A stretch of DNA of 64,000 nucleotides from Eledone cirrhosa. Taxonomy: Eukaryota. Below are positions 31,660 to 44,984 of the stretch, in pieces (within the stretch, counting starts at the first letter, position 1; every line of letters begins with the position of its first letter). The stretch spans positions 400,024,001-400,088,000 of the forward strand of contig OZ024740.1 in NCBI GenBank assembly GCA_964016885.1, in the 5' to 3' direction. The notes under the pieces were generated by a model that was given only the letters and a program-made list of their open reading frames with translations, was not told the origin of the DNA and did no database searches. A program made the translations under genes and the position numbers.

Positions 31660-32209
31660 GAAGTGGTTGCACAACAGTTAGTTCACCATACCGAGAACAA
31701 TTGTTTCAACTTCACGGATCTTCAGCTCGGGATGTGTATGGTTATAGGAACAGGAAGGACAACCGTACGAACGCACACGCGCAGAAACTCGGTCACTTCA
31801 CACAGGCAATACTAGACTGCGTGCGGGAGGTGTAAGGGAGATAACTGCGAAAGTCCGGAAAGTTTTTAGGTTGAAAATAAAATAAAAAAAATTAAAAATA
31901 AAATTACAAAGAATCAGTCCGGAGCCTTGTAGTTATGCAATAGATGTTTGGTGACGTGTGGACAACGTGTGAAAAATTCACTTCTCGTGTTTAGGCAATC
32001 ACTATTGCGTAATCTCTTTAGGATAGTTATTCGTTCGCCATAATACATAAGCCACACGTCGGATTTCCCCTTGCGTATGGCTTGGACTTAGTGATGGCTT
32101 TCCATTGAATGGAGTAGCCTATACTTGAGTCCTTGAGGGACCATGATGGCTCGCGAGTTTCGTGGATCCGACAGACGTTCATCCACGAAACCTTCCAGTG
32201 TTCCACCAC
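31660..32209 (-). mobile_element. Decayed Penelope-like element 3' end (endonuclease C-terminus plus hammerhead)
   Basis: WSLKDSSIGYSIQWKAITKSKPYARGNPTCGLC...CLNTRSEFFTRCPHVTKHLL resembles PLE GIY-YIG C-termini; hammerhead in the 3'UTR; (TA)n flanks. Confidence 0.7.
31691..31730 (-). ncRNA. Type I hammerhead ribozyme
   Basis: CCGAG-CTGAAGA-TCCGTGAAGTT-GAAA-CAATTG-TT-CTCGG: perfect 5-bp stem I, palindromic stem III, weak stem II. Confidence 0.8.
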
Positions 32210-32350
32210 TATATATATTTATATATATTAAATTCCAAGTGATATATGTATATAATTAGACATAGTCACAGATACATACAATTTGGCTACCTTTCACGGT
32301 GTGGCTCAATGAAGAATTAATTAAGCAAATAATCATTAATCAGAGCTATA

Positions 32351-32453
32351 TATAAAATTGCAAGTTTGAAGAATTATTAGATAAAATATTTACAGTGAGG
32401 ACCTGGGAGAGGAAATAGTGTATATATTTTATCTAATAATTCTTCAAACTTCC

Positions 32454-32462
<9 letters not shown>
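32351..32462. repeat. Inverted repeat, about 39-bp arms, abutting (TA)n
   Basis: TATAAAATTGCAAGTTTGAAGAATTATTAGATAAAATAT and its near-perfect reverse complement at 32424-32462. Confidence 0.8.
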
Positions 32463-33555
<1,093 letters not shown>

Positions 33556-34089
33556 ATTGTTATACTTTGGGAGGGTCATGTTGCCAATAAGAAACACACG
33601 CACCAGTTGCTTTCACTTCAATTTAATTTATTAAATATTTATAAATTTACAAATTTATAAATTTCTGGTTGGTTGGTTGGTTCCACAACCAGATAGTTGT
33701 TTATATATATATAGTCATAGTTCTTTCGTCACACACTCTGTGACCTCTTCAGTGACTGGGGATTTCTTTCTTCGTTTCTGTGCCTTTCCTTTCTTCTATC
33801 CTACGCCATTTTGAAGAAAGAAATCCCCAGTCACTGAAGAGGTCACAGAGTGTGTGACGAAAGAACTATGACTATATATATATAAACAACTATCTGGTTG
33901 TGGAACCAACCAACCAACCAGAAATTTATAAATTTGTAAATTTATAAATATTTAATAAATTAAATTGAAGTGAAAGCAACTGGTGCGTGTGTTTCTTATT
34001 GGCAACATGACCCTCCCAAAGTATAACAATATCGGTTTCAACACACGATTTCAGATAAAGAATCTTGCTAAACAAATTCAGAAACGAAA
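33556..34089. mobile_element. Head-to-head inverted pLTRs of PLE family P with two hammerheads
   Basis: About 218-bp perfect inverted arms; hammerheads at 33713-33757 (-) and 33829-33873 (+): AGTCA-CTGAAGA-GGTCACAGAGTGTGTGAC-GAAA-GAAC-TA-TGACT; right arm has about 55 extra 3' nt. Confidence 0.9.
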
Positions 34090-34115
34090 TATATATATAT
34101 ATATATATATGTATG

Positions 34116-34146
<31 letters not shown>

Positions 34147-34175
34147 ATATATATATATATATATATATAAATATA

Positions 34176-34228
<53 letters not shown>

Positions 34229-34231
<3 letters not shown>

Positions 34232-34765
34232 TTTTGAGTTTATGTTGGTTGTATACCAACACCTCAGTATGCAGGCTGGAGCACTCGACGAAGTGCGCGG
34301 GTTGGTTTGGTTACTCCGGAGTAGTGTAAGATAAAGTTAAATAAAAGTCAAATGATTAAAATTTAGCTTCGTTTATTACTGCTATATATATTTCAGTGAC
34401 AGCCATCTTTGGCTGTGACCTCTTCAGGCAGTTTGAATTAGTATGGTATAGACAAGTACATATGTTGTTTAGGTGTATGATATTGTCAATACTCTGATAT
34501 GCCCAGTTCCTTGAGGGATCAGTTCCCTGAGGGATCAGAGCAAACAGCACGGACACTCTATCTCAAAATTATTTTTGAAAAGCATTTAGAAATGAGCAAC
34601 CGGTAAAAACTCAAAAACTTAAAACCACAACTAAATACTAACCCATACAATCACTAATACTCTTTTATTCCTAATTAAACCATTTTTCAACTGTGAACAA
34701 TTTGTCAGCATTTTCTATTCCGTTTACCAATATATAATAACTTGTGTGTTACACCTCTATTCTTT

Positions 34766-34770
<5 letters not shown>
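34229..34770. mobile_element. Head-to-head chimera of two unrelated mini-element families (H on minus, I on plus)
   Basis: Left half has a hammerhead and GAGTGC tail on minus; right half 34533-34770 matches 37215-37452; no (TA)n between them. Confidence 0.7.
34378..34432 (-). ncRNA. Type I hammerhead ribozyme
   Basis: ACTGC-CTGAAGA-GGTCACAGCCAAAGATGGCTGTCACT-GAAA-TATATA-TA-GCAGT. Confidence 0.85.
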
Positions 34771-34856
<86 letters not shown>

Positions 34857-35210
34857 GTGTGTGTATGATTCATTGTCCTAGACTGTGTTTGTGATTTAGC
34901 TTATTGTTTGTTTATATCCCGCCATAAATAAAGGTTAAAAAGGTGTAAATCGATAACATTAGTATCATACGTGAAAACTAATACTGGGCGCTATATTATC
35001 GAATAGAAGAATAAAATATTAAACACCCAATATACATTACTATGAATAATTATATATTTTATATATAAATATTTACTGAGAAATATCTTCTCCAAACTAA
35101 TAGTGAGAAAGTATACATACATACACATACACACACACATATATATAACTTTGAAATGTTTTGGCCAGTATTGGCCCAGGCCATGTCTAACTTAATAGCA
35201 CTATATATAT

Positions 35211-35405
35211 ATAACAAAGGAATTGTGGTAAGGAACCAGATGGACCATAACGCACCAGAGTACTCAATACTTAGGGTAGTGGAGTGGGAAATAGGAAAAA
35301 GTATGACCCCGTCCGCAGAGCTCAAGCCGTCACGGCGGCTATTTCTGATTGCAGAAATAGCCGTCAAAACGGCTTGAGTTCTGCCGTCGGGGTCATACTT
35401 TTTCC

Positions 35406-35407
<2 letters not shown>
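35211..35407 (-). mobile_element. Fold-back mini-element, family A
   Basis: Arms about 35291-35347 / 35352-35408; tail homologous to 6662-6742. Confidence 0.85.
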
Positions 35408-35453
<46 letters not shown>

Positions 35454-35457
35454 TATG

Positions 35458-35499
<42 letters not shown>

Positions 35500-35581
35500 A
35501 ACACACACATATACATATATGTATATATATATACATACCTGTGTATCTATGTGTGTGTGTCTAACCAGAGCTCTGTGTCTA

Positions 35582-36547
35582 GTACTAGACACAGAGCTCT
35601 GGTTAGATATCCTTAATAACAAAAAACAAATCCTCCATTCCCATTATGCCAAACCCATGACTTCCAAACATCTGATCCACCCAAACTCGACCGTTTCGGA
35701 CCATACCAAAATCAACATACTGATTGCGGATTTGGTACGGGTGATGAGAAACGTGTCCCGCATGTGCAACCCCGAAGAACTAGAGAGACACATACAACAC
35801 TTCATCCACCGTATGCAGTTCTCTGGCTACAACCAGAGAGATAAAATCAGAGTGTATAGAGGAGCCAGAACCAAATGGGAAAAAATGGTAAATAATGACA
35901 TAAATGAGACCTGCCCCTTGTATAGGAGCAAATTGTGGAATAGAATAGAAAGAACTAGGAACAAGGCTAATAGAATAAACTCATGGTATGATAGCAATAA
36001 ATACCAGAGTGTAATGTTCATCGATACAACCCCTAGAGGTGAATTAGCTTACAAATTTAGAAGGGCCCTAGATAAACATAAACTCAATATTAAGATAGTA
36101 GAAAGACCAGGTACCTCCGTAAAAACACTTATTAGCAAGACATACCCTTTTCAAAGACCCTCATGTATAGATAAGAAATGTATAACCTGTAAAATAAGCC
36201 CCCATATTAACTGTAAAACTAGAAATGTAGTGTATAGCATAAGATGTACTGAAGGACAATGTAGAGACAAAAATATAGTGTACATAGGTGAGACAGCTCG
36301 TAGTGTAGGAGAACGGATAAATGAACACTGGCGAGACCTTCAAGATAGTAAAGAATCATCTGTACTCTACCAACATGCTAAAATAGAACACAAGGGTAAA
36401 TTAGAGAACATAGAAATAAAAATAGAATCTACACACAGAAAAGACGCAATGTTTAGACAAATCACAGAGGCAATAAACATAAAAGAATTAGAACCAAAAT
36501 TAAATAGAAAATATGAGTGGAACAGCAACATCACAACTTACAATTAA
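35582..36547 (+). CDS. PLE polyprotein C-terminal part: end of RT/thumb, Cys-rich linker, GIY-YIG endonuclease (5'-truncated, frame open)
   Basis: VLDTELW, YAKP, MQFSGY, CIDKKCITC, CKTRNVVYSIRC..C...YIGETARSVGERINEH, HAKIEH, RQITEAINI..PKLN. Confidence 0.88.
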   Translation, partial: VLDTELWLDILNNKKQILHSHYAKPMTSKHLIHPNSTVSDHTKINILIADLVRVMRNVSRMCNPEELERHIQHFIHRMQFSGYNQRDKIRVYRGARTKWEKMVNNDINETCPLYRSKLWNRIERTRNKANRINSWYDSNKYQSVMFIDTTPRGELAYKFRRALDKHKLNIKIVERPGTSVKTLISKTYPFQRPSCIDKKCITCKISPHINCKTRNVVYSIRCTEGQCRDKNIVYIGETARSVGERINEHWRDLQDSKESSVLYQHAKIEHKGKLENIEIKIESTHRKDAMFRQITEAINIKELEPKLNRKYEWNSNITTYN

Positions 36548-36746
36548 GGACAAAGTGAAAACACACACACATAGAACAAACAACCAACCAGTAACATGTA
36601 AATAAACAAATAAATAAATGAACATAAACACACACAGACACCCGGATGTGGCGCATGCGCAGACTGAGCACACAACACACACACAGAAACAAAATGGCGT
36701 AGGACAGAACAAAGGAGAGGCACAAAAACAAAGAAAAGAATCCCCA

Positions 36747-36789
36747 GTCACTGAAGAGGTCACAGAGTGTGTGACGAAAGAACTATGAC
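36747..36789 (+). ncRNA. Minimal type I hammerhead ribozyme in the PLE 3'UTR/pLTR
   Basis: GTCA-CTGAAGA-GGTCACAGAGTGTGTGAC-GAAA-GAAC-TA-TGAC. Confidence 0.8.
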
Positions 36790-36989
36790 AATATATAAAC
36801 AACTATCTGGTTGTGGAACCAACCAACCAACCAGAAATTTATAAATTTATAAATTTATTATAATAAATTGAAGTGAAAGCAACTGGTGCGTGTGTTTCTT
36901 ATTGGCAACATGACCCTCCCAAAGTATAACAATATCGATTTCAACACACGATTTCAGATAAAGAATCTTGCTAAACAAATTCAGAAACG

Positions 36990-37018
<29 letters not shown>

Positions 37019-37024
<6 letters not shown>

Positions 37025-37447
37025 TATACGGAATAGAAAATGCTGACAAATTGTTCACAGTTGAAAAATAGTTTAATTAGGAATAAAAGAGTATTAGTGA
37101 TTGTATGGGTTAGTATTCAGTTGTGGTTTTAAGTTTTTAAGTTTTTACCGGTTGCGCATTTCTAAATGCTTTTCAAAAATAATTTTGAGATAGAGTATCC
37201 GTGTTGTTTGCTCTGATCAGAGCAAACAGCACGGACACTCTATCTCAAAATTATTTTTGAAAAGCATTTAGAAATGCGCAACCGGTAAAAACTTAAAAAC
37301 TTAAAACCACAACTGAATACTAACCCATACAATCACTAATACTCTTTTATTCCTAATTAAACTATTTTTCAACTGTGAACAATTTGTCAGCATTTTCTAT
37401 TCCGTTTACCAATATATAATAACTTGTGTGTTACACCTCTATTCTTT

Positions 37448-37452
<5 letters not shown>
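37019..37452 (+). mobile_element. Near-perfect palindrome of about 395 bp plus 38-nt tail, family I
   Basis: Centre CTCTGATCAGAG (37211-37222) with no spacer; variant core TTGAAAA-GCATTTAGAAATGC-GCAA-CCGG-TA in each arm. Confidence 0.88.
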
Positions 37453-37520
<68 letters not shown>

Positions 37521-37522
<2 letters not shown>

Positions 37523-37838
37523 TACCATTATTTGCTTAAGCAGACAGTACTTGATTTAGGAGTTGCAGAAACCCCATACTGGATATTACAAACATTTCCG
37601 GGGGTCCGGGTATAATTTTCAATCATATTTTATTATTATTTTTATTATTATGTGTTTGACCCGAAATGGCATAATCGTTTCTATGACTGTGTGGATAATG
37701 GTTTAACCATCGTCTCAGTGTGTTTGGCCTCTTAACTTACGTTGTTGCTCTAGAACACTAGCTTCTATGGAGCGCTTGCCTCACTCCTCGGAAGCTGTCT
37801 TTCGTTAATTTCCAATAGCCGAAATACGATCCTCGCTA

Positions 37839-37842
<4 letters not shown>
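37521..37842 (+). mobile_element. Diverged family D copy
   Basis: Reverse-complement homology to 17366-17680; ends GCCGAAATACGATCCTCGCTAATTT-(TA)n. Confidence 0.75.
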
Positions 37843-37886
<44 letters not shown>

Positions 37887-38240
37887 AGAAGGTGAGTAAT
37901 ATTGTAGAACAATAAAACTATGCATATATCAGATAAGTAGCACTCAACAGTTGGTAGAACTGGAATATATATTAAAGAAGAAATTAAAAGATGGTTAAAG
38001 AAGTTCCATATATTTTATTATGCGCATTTCGAAAACAACATCATCCTGGAACAAAAATTGTGTTCTCATCAGATAAAATAAGGTAACATGATATGAGGCC
38101 TAAAACCACTTATATCATGTTACCTTATTTTATCTGATGAGAACACAATTTTTGTTCCAGGATGATGTTGTTTTCGAAATGCGCATAATAAAATATATGG
38201 AACTGAACTTCTTTAACCATCTTTTAATTTCTCCTTTTAT
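37887..38240. mobile_element. Fold-back mini-element, family J, with two complete hammerheads
   Basis: Arms about 37968-38094 / 38112-38240; tail 37887-37967 with GTTGAGTGC on minus. Confidence 0.88.
38126..38195 (+). ncRNA. Type I hammerhead ribozyme (mirror copy at 38011-38080 on minus)
   Basis: TATTTTAT-CTGATGA-GAACACAA...TTGTTTTC-GAAA-TGCGCA-TA-ATAAAATA: 8-bp stem I, palindromic stem III. Confidence 0.88.
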
Positions 38241-38249
38241 ATATATATA

Positions 38250-38307
<58 letters not shown>

Positions 38308-39081
38308 CATATATATACATATATATACATATGTATGTATGTGTGTATGTGTGTATGTGTATGTGTGTATGTGTATGTGTATGTGTACACAGTTACGTTA
38401 AGTATATACTTAGATTATATATATATATATCGCGTTTTGACTTCCAACCAAAATCTCCATACATCCGTGTAACTTACCACTTTCAACCATCCTCTAACAC
38501 CATCACCTATATAACTCACCCACACACACATCCTAAAAGAAATTTTTTTATCCACACGCCACCCACACCCACAACACGCTTACATCACACACACGTGCTT
38601 CCCACCACATATTTACACCCTCAGCCCCCTGATTCCTCTCCCCCCACCCCCTATCCACACACGCACAGACCCTCCGACACACAAAAACACCCCCCACACA
38701 CACCTTCCTGAACATGCAACCCCGTTCTTCCCCCAACCCTCACTTTCACATACACACACACACACACACACGCACACCTAACCACACACACCACCTTCAG
38801 CCCTCCCCGCTCGGACACCCCGTCTCCCTCTCCCCACTCCACCCGCCTCCACCTCTACTCACCCCACACCCTTCCACCACCTGTTTACCCCCCTTTTAAT
38901 TTCAGTTTATTTTGATCATGCCTTTATTTTTAAATGTTCTCATTCCTTGTATTTTGATCATGCTTTATTTTTATTTATTATTTATTATATTTTTGTCTTT
39001 ATTTGTTAATTTTTCATTCGCACCGTTTCCTTTCGCTATATGTCTCTCCACCACTCCCCTACACACCTTTTGAACTCTTAC

Positions 39082-39109
39082 CTGAAGAAGGGCTTATGCC
39101 CGAAACGTC
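39082..39109 (+). ncRNA. Minimal PLE-type hammerhead core
   Basis: CTGAAGA-AGGGCTTATGCCC-GAAA-CG-TC followed by AATAAA and (TA)n; stem I not evident. Confidence 0.7.
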
Positions 39110-39196
39110 GTCCTCCACCTACCCCCCACTCTCCTGAGCGTGAATCTAATAAACATTTGTCGTACTGCCTCTCTGTTCTGTCCCTGTTCAATTTTT

Positions 39197-39253
<57 letters not shown>

Positions 39254-39489
39254 TGTATGTATGTGTGTATGTGTGTGTGTGTGTGTGTGTATGTCCGTAT
39301 GTGTATGTGTATGTGTGTGTGTGTATGTATGTCCGTATGTGTGTGTATATGTGTGTATATGTGTGTGTACGTGTGTGTATGAATATGATTCCAGACAAGA
39401 AATTGACATATGCTCACGACGAAGTTTTTGATTAACTATCCTGTTTGAACAAGCCTGACTACGACTACATAGTTACAGTGATAGCTACT

Positions 39490-39720
39490 CTACTACCACC
39501 ACCACCACCATCACCACCACCACCACCACTATCACTACCGCCCACACTACCACTACCACTATCACTACCACCCCTACTACCACCACCACCACCACCACCA
39601 CCACCACTACCACCACCACCATCACTACCACCACCACCACCACCACCACCACCACCACCACTACCACCACCACCACCATCACTACCACCACCACCTCCAC
39701 CACCACCATCACCACCATCA
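39490..39720. repeat. (CCA)n trinucleotide repeat
   Basis: Direct inspection. Confidence 0.95.
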
Positions 39721-40016
39721 ACGACAGCAACTCTATAGGTCGTATTGTATTTAATTTATATATTCTCTGTAGGTATCAGCCAGTTACGTTGATCGTCTTT
39801 AGTTGTGTAGCGTCGGCTATACAAACGCCCACTATCTATTTAGCACCTGCTTTTCTAGATTCACACATTGTATAAAGCAGATATTTGCAGTTAGTAAGAT
39901 AGGAATGATAAGGGAGCGAACTCTTGCGTATTTTAATTTATGTCCCCCTTCCTCCTCAACAGTCAGTCACTGTTTAACAAAAGTTTTCATTGGCTATAAT
40001 GTAATTATATAGGTAT

Positions 40017-40372
40017 ATTTCTTTATTTGCCACAAGGGCGCGCAAGAAAAGGGGACAATACAAAGACATATGACGGGGATTTTACATACAATCGTGTAAC
40101 AAATTTTAACAAACAAATTCAACAATCGAAGTCCCCAATAGGGGGGAGGCGTTACAAATGGGTTGTTTTATACCCCGTAGATAGAACAACCCTCAACTCC
40201 AGAAGTATGTTGTGCAAGTGCTCCTTTCTTCCCTTTGCTCTCTTCTTCAACCTACAGGTTTATATACAGAGAAGGCCCAATCACTCGGGCCATTTTTGCC
40301 ACATTCACCCACCTTTCAGTAACTTTACTGGGGTGCAGTATCTCTCTCTCCACTCTGATGGTAGTACCTAAA
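40017..40372 (-). mobile_element. Tx1/L1 3' fragment (ORF2 end plus 3'UTR)
   Basis: Homologous to 52730-53090 and to 50649-50771. Confidence 0.85.
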
Positions 40373-40469
40373 GAAGGTAGCGTTTATATTGAACACTTTT
40401 ATCATAAAACGTACTAGTATTTAGTATGACTATATCATATTAAATAGTGCATTTTAATACTCCAAGTTT

Positions 40470-40663
40470 ATAGGCTGAAAAGTTCATAGACTGACCAAGA
40501 TACTCTCATGGAATGACTAAATGAGATTTATTTTTCAACATAGTCCCTAGAAAGAAACAATGTAGTTATTAATAAGAAGAGTTGAAATTAATGCATGCAA
40601 AATTTCACAGATCTAGCAGCCCTCCTTCATAGTCAGCCTATGAATTTTTCAGCCCACTCTCGT
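40470..40663. mobile_element. Tc1/mariner-type MITE
   Basis: TIRs GGCTGAAAAGTTCATAGACTGAC (40473-40495) / GTCAGCCTATGAATTTTTCAGCC (40632-40654). Confidence 0.65.
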
Positions 40664-41327
40664 GTTTTAAAGTCATGTTCAATTATTATGTTGTTTTGGT
40701 CCAACCAATGATCAAAGGTTTTCCAGCCATGACCATCTCGTCATTTTTTTCTTGAAATTGTCTATACAGGATTGTAATATTGAATGTGTTTTTTTTTCCG
40801 ATGATAAGGAGTGATTCGAATGTCATTTGGCTACTCCTTCTAGCAGGTGGAGCGTATGCGTAGATGACTCTTCTTTGGTTTTGTTACATAATTATAAAAC
40901 TGGCGAGGTGACAAATAGTCTCACGTACCTGCATAGATAAATTCTTCTATCTATGTTTTGAGCTTAAATTTTGCTAGGGAGTCCACTGATTTTCTTAAAG
41001 TTCAATTAAATATTATGTACCAGTAATGTTAAATCAACCATGGTCGGCATTAGGAGTAATCCCTTCTCGGCTCGTCGAAAACACATACAACACATTGCAA
41101 ACACCCAATTTTTGACGAGCCGAGAACAGATTCCTTGAGTGCGCGACCCCCTTAGATGTGGGTCACATTTGCGAGTAATTTGTCTAATTGTTTCATCACT
41201 GAGATCAACTATAACCCCTCGTCTGCAAATATTTATTGCTTGGTGCTAATGGTAGAAATCAATATTGCTCATTAATACTTTCCCCCTAAAAGCCTTCGGC
41301 TATGAGTTTATCATATTATATTATATT

Positions 41328-41519
41328 AGGGCGGTGGATTGGCAGTATCGGTAGAGGGCCGGACGCCATGCTTTGACGCATAGAGTTACGGCCCTTTCCA
41401 TTCTGAGTTCAAATCCCGCCGAGGTTAACTTTGCCTTTCATCCTTACGGGGTCGATAAAATAAAGTACCAGTAATACACTGAGTAATTGCTGGCCTTGTG
41501 CCTAACGTAGAAACAATTA
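41328..41519 (+). mobile_element. Young OK-like SINE
   Basis: Full-length match to the family. Confidence 0.92.
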
Positions 41520-41705
41520 TATTATATTATATTATATTATATTATATTATATTATATTATATTATATTATATTATATTATATTATATTATATTATATTAT
41601 ATTATATTATATTATATTATATTATATTATATTATATTATATTATATTATATTATATTATATTATATTATATTATATTATATTATATTATATTATATTAT
41701 ATTAT
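41517..41705. repeat. (ATATT)n pentanucleotide array, about 38 units
   Basis: Perfect repeat continuing from the SINE tail. Confidence 0.95.
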
Positions 41706-41710
41706 GTCAT

Positions 41711-41883
41711 AGGGCGGTGAATTGGCAGTATCGGTAGAGTGTCGGACGCCATGCTTTATAGCATAGTTACGTCCCTTTACGGTCCGAGTTCAAAACCCGT
41801 CGAGGTTAACGGGGTCGATAAAATACCAGTAATGCACTGGGTAATTGCTGGCCCTGTGCCTTGTGCCAAAAGAAGAAACAATT
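41711..41883 (+). mobile_element. Young OK-like SINE with internal deletion
   Basis: Match to the family. Confidence 0.9.
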
Positions 41884-43856
41884 ATATTGTAGTATAGTAT
41901 AATATTTTATACTATAGTACATTATATCATATAAACAAGATGTCGAATCGACAAAGTCGTTATAGCCTCAGATGAGATAGATATCTTTCTGAGTCTTGAT
42001 TTTATGTGTTAAAATTCTCCATTTTTCGGTAATCGATGTCCCTTCCTAATCGCTCCTTAAATGTTCTTGGGGAAATGTATGCTTATTGCCTCTAGTTTAT
42101 AGTTTCCTTAGATATATAACAAATGTTTTAAACAAAGAACCTCTTGGAAGCTGAAGGCTACGACCAAGTTCCACCAGAGATTGCACTGTTTAACTCAAAA
42201 CATGAAATATTTCATCTTATGACACATAAACATACAGTAACTAATGGTGCTTTCATTGTCCTCAAATTTTGATAATTCTAGAAGTTCTTCACTTGGATGG
42301 TTAATAACCATAACTTTGCGGAAGGTGTGTAGGTCAAACTTTCTTCAATCATATATTATTTAAATATAGGGACTTAATGTATAAAAAGGAAGTATAATAG
42401 AAGTTAGCCACCCAATCCAGTCTAGGAACGAGTTTCGATTTTAAGAAATTTCAAATGACTTCCTTTCTATTTCATACTATTTCATTTATTAAAAATAACA
42501 AAGAAACAAAACACAAAGAAACAAAACACAAAGAAACAAAACAAAACAAAACAAAACAAAAAGGAAAGAAAAGAAGAAAAGAAATCCATAAACGTCGCAT
42601 AATCCTTTATGATTGTTTTAATTAATATGTGGCATAAGACCAAATTTGAAAATAATTAAATGTTTTCATATGTGGATGATAACCCTAACATATCCTCTGG
42701 TTAAATACCACCATCTGGACGATAGATGCCTTTGCTTGTATTTCGACCAGGCCCTCACACTCAGTTCCTAACCATCCTAAGTATTTAATACAAATATTGA
42801 TCTGCAGATGTTCAATTTGGGCATCAGCTGTATCAATATCACCAGTGTGGATAGGCTTGAAAAGGTTATTCTCCACCCTACCCATCATCCCTTTACTAAA
42901 TTATTCAAAATATTGCCATAATTTAATAGAGCATTGGTGGGTGAGATAATAGTGTATAAGAAAACCTGTCCAGAGCTTGGCGGTTCATATGGTGTTAATT
43001 CGCAACAACCTCCTCTTACACAGCTTAAATTAAGTACCGCACCGAGGGAATAGTTTATCGCAGCAGGTGATATCAAACATGACTATAAAATTACCAGTTA
43101 TTTCTTTAACTTGCATACTAAGTTCACGTCTTTCTGTAGGGTACACAGAGAACAAGAGCATACATTTAAGTTAAGTTTTGTTTCCTGACTAGAAGGTTGT
43201 CAAACCAGAGATTATCCTGGTTTTAAGAGACGCAGATTACAAGTCTCTTATCTGGACGGGACACCACTTTGTCACAAGGTTAACCTTTATGCTAGTACTC
43301 CAGTTTATTCAGTTGAGTGGACTGGAGCGATGTGAAAAGAAGTGCTTTGCCTAAGATTGAATCAGCGACCTTACGAACTCCGTAACCAAGAGCCAGCATG
43401 AGTTACCTTCAACAGGAATAGTCTTATATTATTTCTCCCTTAAATTATTGCATAAAGGCTGCAATGTCAGATGATCCCCAGCCTTAGGGGTAAATCGATA
43501 ATATGAGTATCATACATTACCGCAATTGTTTCGCCCCAGGTCAAACCTAATCTAGTAAGCGTATGAGCAAAAGTAATGTTGTATTTTTCTTATATATAGG
43601 AAACTCAGGTCCACATTATCCAACGTGCTCTTTTGTAAGGATATGATTTGAGAATGATTCGTTTGATATTTCTAACAAATCCAGCGATTACGTTGATGTT
43701 CTCTTGTTGGTTCGGGAAACTACTTTAGTAAAATAAGGCGACAATGACAATAGTCGGATTACAAACGTAACTTTGGTAAGAGTTCGTATTCTCATGAATT
43801 ATGTTCTCATATCTTTAATTACAATTATTGAAGTGTTTAATAATGGTTCCTATCTG

Positions 43857-44047
43857 AAGGTGTTAAATTCACAGAATTGGTAGAGCGTCGGAAAAATTGC
43901 CATTGCGGTATTTGTTATGACTCTTTACATTCTTCGTTCAAATCCCACCGAGGTCAACTTTGCCTTTCATTCACCGTGGTCGATAAAATAAACTACCAGT
44001 CAGGTATTGGCTTTGATTTTCTGAGCTTGTGCTTAAATTAGAAATCA
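43857..44047 (+). mobile_element. Degenerate OK-like SINE
   Basis: GTTCAAATCCCACCGAGGTCAACTTTGCCTTTCAT...GTCGATAAAATAAA. Confidence 0.7.
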
Positions 44048-44538
44048 ATATTAGTTCTTAACTGTTAAAAGGAGACATAAATAAGATCAATGCTTTCTAT
44101 AATGAGAACCTACAAAAATCTGCCGTATCTAACGAGTGAAAAAATGATATCTTTGGCAAATACCTGTTACCATTATTGTGGAATGACCCAAGCCTGTTGG
44201 GTGAAATTGTGTTGACATAAACCAGTCTCATGAAATGTACCTGTAATCTAAAAGCGCAACTTTCACACAGTGTGTTCCTATAATTGAACTAGACAAGGGC
44301 TTTCAGATGTCAGCAGGCAGACTGACACACGCACACATCCGTATATAACCAAAAGTACGAAGCCGAATTTTAGGCTTTTAAGCACTAAGAATACACACAC
44401 ACTCAGACACAGACACACACACGCGCGCACACACACACATGCACATGCACACACAGAGACACACACAGAGACACACACAGAGACACACACAGAGACACAC
44501 ACACAGACACACACACACACACACACACAGATACATAC

Positions 44539-44581
<43 letters not shown>

Positions 44582-44611
44582 CGCACACACACATATATAT
44601 ATGTGTGTGTA

Positions 44612-44752
44612 TACATTTATTAAGGCTAAATAGTCTGATGATCCTGCGAAACTCCAGAATAACAAGACTCTCTATTCACCCTTAATAAATGTTTATTAAA
44701 ACTCTACTTCGGTATTAAGTATTCCTTCCCTCAGCCATAAACTACATACGGA
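44612..44752 (+). mobile_element. Fold-back mini-element, family B, with minimal CTGATGA..GAAA core
   Basis: Short inverted arm 44612-44633; CTGATGATCCTGCGAAACTC at 44635-44654; family B tail. Confidence 0.7.
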
Positions 44753-44783
44753 TATATATATATGTATATATATATATATACAT

Positions 44784-44829
<46 letters not shown>

Positions 44830-44939
44830 CATGTAATCTGAGTTTTTCGAATATTAATAATTACATTCGATTCGTTTGTAAGTATGCAAACAAGCCTCAA
44901 TTTTAAAGCCATGTTAATAGAATGAACTCTTCATTCTTG

Positions 44940-44984
<45 letters not shown>

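Larger units (their letters stand above)
35560..36993 (+). mobile_element. 5'-truncated Penelope-like retroelement (family P)
   Basis: RT C-terminus plus GIY-YIG ORF, 3'UTR with hammerhead, ends at (TA)n; 48-bp perfect palindrome at the 5' junction. Confidence 0.9.

Noticed and set aside
35417-35581. N-terminal extension of the 376-aa PLE ORF
   Set aside because: It is microsatellite plus the inverted junction arm; real homology starts at about 35582
37019-37452. Classifying the fold-backs as DNA-transposon MITEs or miRNA precursors
   Set aside because: Arms are asymmetric with a one-sided tail and variable centres, and family P is demonstrably a PLE 3' end
39445-39738. Proline-rich (formin-like) ORF; also Gly/Val-rich ORFs at 24598-24982
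   Set aside because: Pure trinucleotide repeats without flanking domain sequence or splice evidence
42685-43076. Short minus-strand ORFs containing KYLG, a possible RT remnant
   Set aside because: A single short motif is too little to support a call
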